NCBI GenBank assembly: GCA_000708835.1
Contig: DF237692.1
Span: 1-38,299, forward strand
Direction of reading: 5' to 3'
Source: Klebsormidium nitens
Taxonomy: Eukaryota > Plantae > Klebsormidiophyceae
Length of the DNA stretch: 38,299 nt
The notes under the pieces are model-generated. The model made no database searches, was not told the DNA's origin, and was given only the letters and a program-made list of their open reading frames with translations. The translations under genes were made by a program, and so were the position numbers. Positions 9,661 through 20,300 of this stretch are shown here, one piece after another. The number at the start of each line of letters is the position of its first letter. Position 1 is the first letter of the stretch.

Positions 9661-11790
9661 ATGGAGGATGCGGAGGCGGGCGACTGCGAGGATGATTACC
9701 CGTGCCCCGGGTGCGAGGATGACTTTGATTTGCCGTCGCTGTGCTCGCACATGGAGGAGGAGCATCCAGAGCTGCTCGAGGAAGAAGTGGTGAGGAGTTT
9801 GAATCTACCTCTTTTTCCAGAGAAACGCCTTTTGAAGCTAAGGCAAACGCCTTGGAACATTTGACTCTGTCATTACCAAACCAGCATCCGTGGATATCCA
9901 AGTTTGCCTGTTCTCTCCCCGGAAGATTCCAAGGGGGGCAGCCGAGCAGCCCTTTGGGTACCCTGCGCTTCAGGTCGTTATCCTACTTGAGCTTGCATGC
10001 TTTAGGCAGTCAGTACCAGCGGAACCGGGTCTTGACACAGGCTTCTCAGTAAAAGTAGCACAACTATGGTTGGGAAGCTTCATCCCGGCTCGTCACTTGG
10101 TGACGTCCTGACCACTATCCTCGTACCTAGATTGACTTTGTGGCCGCAGGCGAGATTCAATTATCGTTTGCGGTCCTGCCCGGTGAGCAGAAGAGAAAAC
10201 CATCTTCTAATCAGTACGTCCCGTTTTCAAGCATAGAGCTGAGAAGGACGAGCAGGATTTTGAGTGAGTTGTATCCAGCAGTAAACTGTGTGCTCCTGAG
10301 ACCCACCAGCAGTTGCGCTGACGTCTGCTGGCTCTCTGTGTGCAGGATTGTCCCGTCTGCGGGCGGCTAGTACGAAAAGACGTTGTGGGGCACATGCTGT
10401 CAGAGCACGTCCAGTTCTCTAGGATATCCTCACCAAGCGCGAACGCCATCATCTTTGTCTTTGTTTCTTCTGTTGTCTTCGTTCATGTTTGCGGCGTTGC
10501 TTGTTTCCTGTCTCCGTTTTCAGCGTCTAATGTTGGGAGGCAGACACTGCGCCTATGTCGATAGGATTAGGAGCAAACCATGAGCCCTCTTTCAAGCCAG
10601 GTTCCTCTTATATCTCTGCTTTTAACAAAGAATGAGTAGGAACGCTGGACAGCGAGGGTGATGCAACCAGTCACGTACCCCCGACCTGAGCAGTTCGTAA
10701 CCAGAGGGATCACCCTGCCATGTGCGAGTCACTTTCTTCAAAAGCAGCGGCTGGTCTCCGACTTGATAAGCTACCTACTCGTTCCAAAAGCGAGACGTTT
10801 TAAGTCGTTCTTCTCGTCTGCCTGTGTGTCACACCTGTTTGAAAGCACGGCTGTTTCACGACTTGACAAGTGGCCAGGAAACAGGGTCTGAACCTGTTTG
10901 AGACAAATTCTTTGTCGGGCTCGTCTCTTGTCTGCGTTTGGAAGCTCCTCCACGCCTGCTCGCCTCGAAAACCATACCTTAGTAGAGCACACCTTTGTCG
11001 AGCAAGTTTTCATCCCTGGAAGTTCCTTGACGCCTGTGCACGACAGAAGCCGGAGGAGAAGCGGCCGCGCTAGCAGTTTGGTCGAGTCGCTCAGCCTGCT
11101 CTCAAACGCCCGGAAGGGGGGTTCGTCGCTCATGGTCGAGCGTGGAACTGGCGCGGCAAGCCACCGGAAAGACGCAGACGAGAGTTTTTTGCCGGCGTTG
11201 GCCGACAGCCTGATTGCGGAGGAGGCAGCCAAGGCGCGGGGCGGGGAGAGTCAACCGGCCGCCACTTTGAACCCAAGGTGAGGCCCCGGACTGGCGTCGT
11301 GGAGAAGGTTGAGCGCATAGGTCTATCAGCGAAAACCGTGCGCTTTGTAATCAGTGGCAGCAAGACTGCTGGCGGAAGTGTAATGTTCCCGGCAAAAGCT
11401 TGGATGTGATCCCGGTTTTTTAGCACAATGTTAAGACATGGAGTGGTGAGTTCTTGTGATGAGGTGCAAAGGGCAACATGCCCACGGCATCTTACAGAAT
11501 ATACTATGTCGCACGCCGTAGGATTCGCGCTGTGGGAAATCTGACGTTCCCGAATGCGAGTGATGTGGAGCACCACAAAGCTCTCGCCTACGCTGTGCCC
11601 AATCTCAAGCCTCGGGGGCCTTAAACTGCTCGTCCGACCCAACTTCTGCGAAGATTAACTGTTGTGGCTTTTTTGCAGCGTGGGGGCAAATTGGACTGCA
11701 GAAGAAAAACAGGAGCACTACGAGCAGGCGGTCTTGCGTGCCCAGTTCGTTCAAGGATTAGTCATATCCACTCTCCTCAAGGATAGCTAA
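9661..11790 (+). CDS. DI19: Di19 (drought-induced 19) family C2H2 zinc-finger protein, ~184 aa, 4 exons
   Basis: join(9661..9789,10346..10423,11042..11277,11679..11790) is 555 nt with consistent phases. It encodes YPCPGCEDDFDLPSLCSHMEEEH, DCPVCGRLVRKDVVGHMLSEH, the basic stretch RSRRRS and the C-terminal Di19_C-like RAQFVQGLVISTLLKDS. Confidence 0.9.
10424..11041 (+). other. U12-type (minor spliceosome) AT-AC intron in Di19
   Basis: The 5' site is ATATCCTC at 10424, the branch point TTCCTTGAC is at 11023-11031, and the 3' site ...TGCAC ends at 11041. The phase-0 join gives HVQFSR|DRSRRRS. Confidence 0.85.
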
Positions 11791-12510
11791 TCTGCAAGGG
11801 AACTGCACTTGCAAAGTAGCATGATGCAGGCAATTTTTGATTCCTTGTCAACAGTAGGTTGCTGTAGGTGTCATCTACGTAACCTGCCGTCCCTATCATC
11901 GTGCTTGTATATAGTAAAAGTAGTGCCGAGTCAGAATCTGTTTCATTATTCGGGCCGCTGGGATCGGATATGTAAACAACTTGCAGATCATTTGTGAGCT
12001 GTGAATGCACATGTCGCTGACATGCATGCACATAGAGTTGCCTCTGTTTTTTTCTAGATTGTGAGTCTTTCTCACTCTCCGAAGTGATGTATACATTCGC
12101 ACATCCGAACCGGCCATGCCTTTCATAACTTAGTACAGCCCGGCCCACTATTTCTAGATGTGCGGACGGCACATGCGTTGACTGCGGCCACACGGAGATG
12201 CTTGCAGTACCGCCGGCTATATGCCTTCGCACCTTGTACGTTGGACGACATCCCATGTTCAGTGATGATGGCAGCACATCGCCAGCAAAGACTCATGCAC
12301 GCACAACATGCCACTAGGTCCGGAACTCGCAGCCTGTAACCTGTTATTTGCAAACATTAAGTGCAGGCGCACGGGCCGCACTGCTGGTCATAGACCTCCC
12401 ATGCATGATGCTGTAATCAACGCCTGTGTATGTACCCAAGATATCGAAGACACATATGCATCGAGAGCTCGCACCCCTAAATTGCTTGTGCGACAAGTTC
12501 GTTAACCTGT

Positions 12511-15500
12511 TCAAAGATCTATAACTCGAGACAGCTTCTGAATTCTATTTAGCAGAAGGTCGCCCTGCTTAATGGTAGACTGATAAAGAGCATTCTTCGC
12601 ATCTGGCCTGTTCGTCTCCAGGACACCGCTGACTTTGTCAATCTTCGCATTTAGCCGCCCCGACGCTATGAAATGTGAGATCTCGCTGCAGCCAAAGACG
12701 ATGCAACCAGGTCAACTTGGTTCAAGCAACAGTACGAAGAGTCGGACAGGAGTCAAGGTGTGCTTATCTTCGAAGTTCCAGATACTCCAATCGGAAACAT
12801 TAGCAAATCAGTCCCAGGCGTCATAAAGATGAAGGGCAACGTCATGCAATGATGGCAAATGAGCATGTCTTTTTAACGAGCAAGACAGACTTTGTGCAGT
12901 ACACGCGTCTTACTGCCAAAATCCACAAGAAGCAAAGGTGCAAGGCTAGAGCATGCATTATCGAACAAGTTCACGCTCGCCCCTCGTCATTCAAGCAATC
13001 AAATGAAGGACGGCCAGACAAAAAGAGGAACTAGTCTCGGGCACACAACCAGCTCCTGCCCATGCTATACCTCTTCAGCCACAAAGCTAAGAAGAAAACT
13101 CAAATCCTAAGCACAAACGCGGATACAAAACTCCACGTGCGAAAGCCACGTGGCGCGCTGAGACGGCTCACCTATCGAGGAACTCCACGCTGACCCCGAA
13201 GCGGCCATTACGTCAAGCGTGACTCTTGTACGACTCAAGGAAAGCACAGACATAAGACCAAGCCTCCAATATACGGAAGACACGTGGCACGCTGAGAAGG
13301 CTCACCTGTCGAGGAAGTCCACGCTGACCCCGAAGGACCCCGCCGCGTACGATTTAAGGAAAGCACAGACGGAAGACGAAGCCTCCAATAAGCGGAAGAC
13401 ACGTGGCTCACCTATCCAGAAAGTCCACGCTGACCCCGAAGGACCCCGCCATCGCGTCGAGCGTGACGCTCTTGTACGACTCGAGGAACTGCGTGTACGC
13501 GATCACGCGCACCTCACGCATGTAGTAGTGGTAGTGCGGACTCAGGTAGCGGTCCCGCCGGACGTCGTCCGTCAGGGGCGCTGCAGGGTGGACACGTGGC
13601 AATGGGTGAGGAGCCAAGGGGGACACGTGGCAAGCGGGCGGGGATTCGGGAGAGGCTAAGCGTTTGCAGGGCAGGAAGGCTTGCGTTGCCGGAGTCAGAT
13701 TGGACCGGGCAGGAATCAGCGCGAAGATGCTGAGGGCCACTTTTCTGATGCGGGACGCCGCTTCAATGCAGATTAGCATAGATCGGCGAGAATGCTCTAG
13801 TTGCTACGATTGGTCTAAAAGTCAGACCTCAATTTCACAAAAGGCTCCTCAATCGCCTCGCCTGGGACAACAAAAGAGCCGAGCCTCACCAAAAGCGCTG
13901 AAGAACTCTTTGTACTGCGTGTCGTAGAGCGCGTTCAGGAACTGGGACAGGTGCGGCCACTCCCCAATGACCGCCAGAATCTCGGGCGCGTCCACCACCT
14001 GCACGGTGAGTGGATGTCGTCAGCTGACCGCAGGCTGACGATAGCAAAGCGTCGGCCCTCGGATTGGCATCTTGGGCGCGTATACAGCTTGCGCAGTATG
14101 CAGCAAGCGTCAATCCAGAATGAAGGGCGAACGCATCGCGCTCATCTTGTGCAACTTGGATTCGAAGGTGGGCACTCTTGGACAGTGTCAAGTTCCCCCG
14201 TCCTTGCTCTTAAGCTGGGTTACTGTCTTGCCTTCCAAGATAGTGGATGCCTCCGCATTCATCGGTCGACTAAGCTATTGATCTACGTTTACTAGTTGAG
14301 AAGCGATCATGCACCTTGGCAGGTTGCTGCAGTGCACCCTACTCCAGACCGCTGCAGCAATGTTACCGCCTCAGAAACGCCAAAGCAAGTATACGATAAA
14401 GAATTACAAGTTGACTTTCAAGCAGACTCAAACGCAGTGCCTTCAATCTTCGCCTTGAGGTTGACTCGCTTGAGTGCAATCTGGCCGGTAAGAACGGTGT
14501 AAAACGATGAGGGTCTTGTAGCAAAAGAACATGCTCTCGCCTCTGCCGCATGTAAGATTCTCGAGCCTTTGCTAGGCTACCCCAACCTTGCATGCAAAAT
14601 CTCAATGCAATCTGATCATTCGTGATGCGTCCTATCGAGAAGTGTACCTTTGCCTTGAGGTCGACTCGCTTGAGTGTGATTAGGCTGGTGAGGACGGTGT
14701 AGAAGATGAAGGTCTTGTAGGGGAAGAGCTCGGTGGCCGTGAAGGTGGCGATGGAGTCGAGGAAGAGGTCGGCGGCTTTTTTGAAGTTGCGCGTCGCCAG
14801 GTGGTACAACCCCTCGTACACCTTGAGCCGGTTCTTGCGCTCCCAGTCGCCGCCCGACGCAAACAGGCTGACGGAAATTAAGCACATAATAGTTGTTGAA
14901 TTTTCTTCACTTAGCTAGATAATGCAAACGCTGAAGAGCAGAAGGGGAGTTGTGAACGGAGAAACAGCCCCTCACACACCTTGAGCTGGTTCTTGCGCTC
15001 CCGGTTGCCGCCCGGCACAAACAGGCTGGCGAAAGTTTCGTGTCCTGATTCAATCTCCGCTTTTGTGTCTTGGAGCTAAGCTCAGCGGACAAGTGTGTTG
15101 ACAAAACACGAAAAGCAGTTTCTGATTTCCTTTTTGTAATCAGGTGCGATGATCGTACTACCTGCATGAAGCCAAGCTCGAATGAAACCGGATATAATGA
15201 GGACTGGTTGGAATATAATTAGGAAACAAAAGTTCTGACCGGACTACCTGCTCGAAGCCAAGCACAAAGCAAACTCACATCTTTGCCTTCTCCACGCTCT
15301 TGGAAACGAGGTCGAAGTCCAGCTCGAAGAACCCAAGGCGCAGGATGTGAAACACCAGGTCCATCTTCTGGCCCACCGCAATGGTCTTCTCCTCAGTCAG
15401 GTTCATCTGAGCGAGCGCTTTCTCCTGCAGGGGTGCCACATGAAGCCCTTCCATCAAGCTCCAACCATTGTGCTATGGTCAACAGTACTGCTTCCGCATG

Positions 15501-16813
15501 TCGGTGGTGACTTTGAAATCAAGCCTGGCATAGCGCTCCTACTGCTGTCTACCCTGCGAATTGCAACAAACTACTGACTCCATCATTTGCCCCTGTGGCA
15601 CCATAACAGGCTCTTTGTTGACGTTTAGCCTAGACGTGATGACAGGTGCAATGACTTTGGAAAGATGTCTTGCCACGGCGGCCGAGTAACATGATCTACT
15701 CTCTGCATCTGCAGTACGATTGAAAGCATCTGCGCTCACCTTGTTGCCAATCCGGATGTAAAACATGGCCTTCTCTAGAAGCGCCTCTCGCACTTCGCTC
15801 TCCCCAAGGTTCTCTTCTGCGTCCTTGATCCTGTCAGAATCAAAGACATGATGAGTACCACAAAGCAATCAAGCTCTGATTGACAGCGGCGTGCTCCTGT
15901 AAGGATCAACCTATGCCACCAAATCGTATGGAAGCCAAAATCTGATACTTGCTTGCGCTCGGTGCTCGGTTCTATTTAGTTCAACAAATAGCACCTGCGT
16001 TGCACTGCGTTGCAGTTGCTAGATAGCCCCAATCTCAGACGCTTTGCTCATGGCAAGCGCCACCGAAATGACCAGCGGGCTGCAAATCACGAGTATAGCC
16101 CCTGCGGATCTGCACCACCCAGCTCCCAGCTGTCACTAACAATTGAAGAAAGCTGTGGCTCAGCAAGGACTTACTTCTCATCGATCTTCTTCTCGTCCTC
16201 TGCATTTCTTTCCCTGAGCTTTTTGACAAACTCCTTGTCTACCGACCAACCAAAATCAGCTACCGCCTTTTCATAGATGTCCACCAGACCTGTACAGAAA
16301 CAACCCGCAGTACTTTGAGATGCAATTCTGATTCTTCGATGGCGAGCTCTGGCTCAACGCGTCACCTAGTTCAAACCGGAAGGTCCCTAAGTAGACTGCA
16401 CCCCAAGCCATTTGGCTAGCACTCAATCTGCAAAGGAAAGGGTGATTTGTGCTATCACCACCTGGTCGCTGGCAGATGTTCCATAGAGCTTCAAGCAATC
16501 TTTCAATAGGAGCGACCATCCTTGATATGAAGTCGCAGTCTCCATTCAAACAAGATCAATCGATGACCCAACAACATGTGCTCGGACTGTCAAAGCGCTT
16601 GCCCCTCAAAAGTATCTTTTGAGCTGCGGCCATCGCAGGCGAGTCAGACAACCAAATCGCGAAAGGTGATAGCGCACCATCCTTTTCCACCGCCGCAAGT
16701 ACCTCCTCCTTATACTTATGCTTTTCGATGTCAGGTGTATCAGGCACGCTCAATAGGAAGAGGGTCTCCGCCAGTTCGAGCTTAGAATCCTGCGGCAACT
16801 CCTCTTCCGCCAT
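12511..16813 (-). CDS. RPN7: 26S proteasome non-ATPase regulatory subunit 6 (lid subunit RPN7), ~386 aa, 8 exons
   Basis: complement(join(12511..12685,13412..13580,13890..13998,14648..14867,15279..15424,15740..15830,16175..16289,16678..16813)) is 1161 nt, all GT-AG with consistent phases. Hallmark peptides: [104 protein letters not shown]. Confidence 0.97.
13130..13430 (-). repeat. Two degenerate intronic copies of the RPN7 exon-7 3' end plus donor site
   Basis: The real ggctcacctatccagaaagtccacgctgaccccgaa (13405) is echoed at 13299 and 13165. Confidence 0.85.
14440..15035 (-). repeat. Degenerate partial copies of RPN7 exon 5 in both flanking introns
   Basis: 14980-15025 reads [15 protein letters not shown] versus the real [15 protein letters not shown]. 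About 14440-14525 echoes [24 protein letters not shown]. Confidence 0.85.
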
Positions 16814-17332
16814 GCTTGCCTAGTGCCGCTGCCGAGATCCTTCCAACCGCTCGTCCGCACAATCTGCTTCAACTACAAACTGTTTCAATCAGCAGATTTG
16901 TCGACTTTTCTCGACTGGAGCACAAGAAGGGCGCTAATAGTATTAGTAAAAGCCTCCAAAAAGCATGTAGCTTCTCAAGAGTCAAGGGCCAGAAGTTTAA
17001 AACTTTTGAGTATTGAAGTTACAAGTTCAACTTCCGAGTTCCAGCGCTCTTCCAGGCTGAGCTCCGCATACTGTGAAATAGCTCAGAAACTTGCTGCCGT
17101 CGATGCTTTGGCCTCTTGATCCGACCGTCAAATTAGCTCAATCGTCTTTGCAGGTCAAACCCTCTGCTAATACGCACCGTCGATTCAATAAACTAGAAGC
17201 GGCACACCTTCGTCCGTCGGGCCAGTGCAGAGGGATCGCACAGAATGGGGCAGCTAGGCAGAAACTTGAAGACAAGCTCGGGCTGTGGCTTGTTTTTCCT
17301 GTGCGCTTTGCGTCAGTTGGTGCTTTGACATC
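16814..17332. promoter_or_regulatory. Short head-to-head intergenic region, probable bidirectional promoter (RPN7/METTL4)
   Basis: The start codons at 16813 (-) and 17333 (+) diverge about 520 bp apart. No specific elements were identified. Confidence 0.45.
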
Positions 17333-20300
17333 ATGGCCCTTGTGCTTGGGAAAGAGGACGGCGTCTGGATTGACTCTCCACGGGAGGCAAGTAAGCAGTA
17401 TGATCTTTTCGAGCTTGCCGCGTTCCGATATTTCGCCCGCAAAAAACCAATTCCCAGTCAAACTGGAGGGCCTTGCAATGGAGAAGATACGTCCTCTTCT
17501 ATGGTGCCCAGCCAAGCGAGCTCCAGTCATCAAATAGGTGGGTTCAGAACTAGCAATGAGGACTTGCAAGCAGCACTTGAATTATGGGGAACACACAGTC
17601 AACGTTTAAAGAGCCCTTGAAAGGGATCAGTTTCTTCACGTCATGGTCAACATTTCTATGCTGCGACGTAGAGGTGGTGCGTTATGATGTCGCGAGATAA
17701 TACAATCAAAGGCTCCAACAAAAGCTAATGCTGTTCCTCAAATGCCGACGATGCTCTCCTGTTTGCAAGAGAACTTCTGCAAGAAAGCAACAGCTATCCT
17801 TTTTTCTGAAACTACAGTCCAGACAGGATCAATTGGCTTCTGAGTAAGGTGACATGGCGTTTGCAGTTCTTCGTGAAGAAGGCCCAGGACTTAATACCAC
17901 CACGGAAGGAATTGCCAGAAACAGAAAAAGGAAAAGGAAAACAAGGAGCACATACACTCCAAACACCAAAGAAGTGGCAGCAAAAGCCAGACATGAGGTA
18001 AGATTACACTTCAAGCTCTTATGGAGCCATCTCACGAAGCCTACTGCATATCAGTGGGCAAGCACTTCGAAGCCACATGGATCCGACCTTGGTTTCTTCG
18101 GCTCCAAACTGTCCAAGGACTTTCAAGTTGACTGTAAGATGAGGGACAATGGAGGGCCGGCTGCCACCTGCTCGCAGAAAAGTGGCTTTTCTATCACGAG
18201 TTGTGGACCTTATCATGATGTCGGTGCTGTCAGCAATTTCCTTCTTCGATGCATCATCGCTTTGAGCCCTGTAGAGTTGTCCAGTCTGAAACATGTCCGC
18301 ATATCTCCAGTGCTGTGAAGCTCCATGCGCTCAACTCCCTGTCCTTGTGGCCTCAGGCGATCCGTCCGTTCATCCTGGCTGCTTACGAAGCCTTCGGACA
18401 GCGGCTAGCTGATGGCAGCCTGCCTAGAAGTTGGATCCAGCCTGCAAGCTCAGAACCTGAAATGGGAGACGAGGATGTCGACTTCGTTGCTCTTGCTGGC
18501 GTCTGGCAAGCGGACTTGGCTGAGATCGTCTTCCAAGACTCCGAAGGTGACTATGCTTCTCTGGAACAAATGGTTGTTATCTTCCTTTACCTGTGTTCTG
18601 TCCTTGCACGGATGCTGAGCAATCTTTTGGACGATATTGCTGACCTGGCCCTCCCACTTTAGATTTTGTCAATTGATAGTCTTGAAGCTCCCGGTGGAAT
18701 GAAGTAGGTTTAAGCTTCCAAGCCAACTTTTGAAGTTTGCTTTACTCGCTCCTTTTGGCAGAGCACTTCCCGCTGTTCAACGCTCTTGTTAGGAACGATT
18801 GCGCTTCCGAAGTACTGGCGGCCTGTATGGGCCACACCTTTCTTCTCCCGAAAAGGTCAGCATTCCTCTTGGTGAGCCGTATCGTCGTATTATAACCTGG
18901 GATACGCTATGCATATGCTATTTGGATTGCAAAGCACACAGCCTTATGTCAGACCGCTTCCTTCAATCGTGGAGGTCGAATAGATAAAGCAGCGGGCATC
19001 GAACAAAGGCAGAAGCCCTTCTGAAGGCCGTTTCACTTACAGGAGTCTCGTCTGTTACAAGCTGCCACGCTCATTCGACGTGCTCATCTTGCTTCAATGT
19101 GGAAGTTGAACCTGCCTTGTTGTGCCCGGTGCACTTTCAAGAAAGTGTTCCTGTTCGACCTCAGGAAGTACGGAAAGAACAACACATTGGTGACGTCTAA
19201 AACACGCCAGTTTTGGGCGCTCACCTCCAAGGGCAGCCTACCGTGGTTTCTGACTTCCGTGCAAGCCTCTCGCTTCAAGGATTTGATCCGCTGGCTTGAT
19301 CTGACCGGCTTACTTGCGAACCCCCCTTTGTGGCGCTCAAAAACAGGCGCGCTAAAAGGACTGCTGCTGTGTGTCAAAGAAGCACGCTAAAATCTGCTCT
19401 GACGGCCCTCTTTGTCCGGTTCAATGCAGTCTGACTTCAGCCGTCTGAGCCCGCTTATACCAGGTAGGCTGCCGCACCCCTTTTGCCATAGGGTCATCGT
19501 TGGTCGCTTTCAGCACCCTTTCAGTATAAGCGCCAGCAGGAAACGGCTTTTGTCACTCACAGAACCTTGTAAATTGCGAGTCTCTTTGTCGTCTGTATCC
19601 ACGAAGGATTTGCGAGGCTGTAGTCAAATCCACTGCAGAAATTGGTAGGCCGTTCGTAGAAAGCATGGGCACCAACTTGTTTTCAGGAGTGTTGCGCCAC
19701 TGTCGGATGGCTACCCTTCCTCGTTGTACGTGTTCTCCTTTGGAGCTACGTGAATGGACTATCAGATTGCGCGTGTGCCCTCATGCAACTTGAGTCGAAC
19801 AGTCGATATCCGGTCCTCAGTCTCCGTCCAGATCACCATCCAGATTGGTGACCTCGTGGGTTGGGGCTAAGCTTGAGCTCGGACCGCCACGGCATCCGTG
19901 CCTCCATACCACTTCTTTTCTCATTTGACCGCTGAAAAGGAGGTTCTATCACGTACGTAAAGGGCTAGAAAGCTGGTGCGTCGGTCACGAAAATCCCCAG
20001 AGGAGCTAGTCTTGATCAGGCCCCAAAAGTTGACTCAGATAACTGAAGTGCGGAAAAGAGTTGCCCACTTACCCTCCTCGCTTTGCTGACCGCAGCAACA
20101 AGAAGCGAGGGCTATGACATCATCCTGCTGGACCCTCCCTGGGAGAACAAAAGCGTGCAGAGGCAGGCCACGTGAGTCTGGTCGCTGTAGCCATCTCTGC
20201 TGCGGATCGCGGGGTTTACATTACTCGTGTGCGAGTGCGCGCCGGTTCGTCCGTCTTGTTTACTCATTTTGCGGAGATATAGCACTGAGGAAAAGATACA

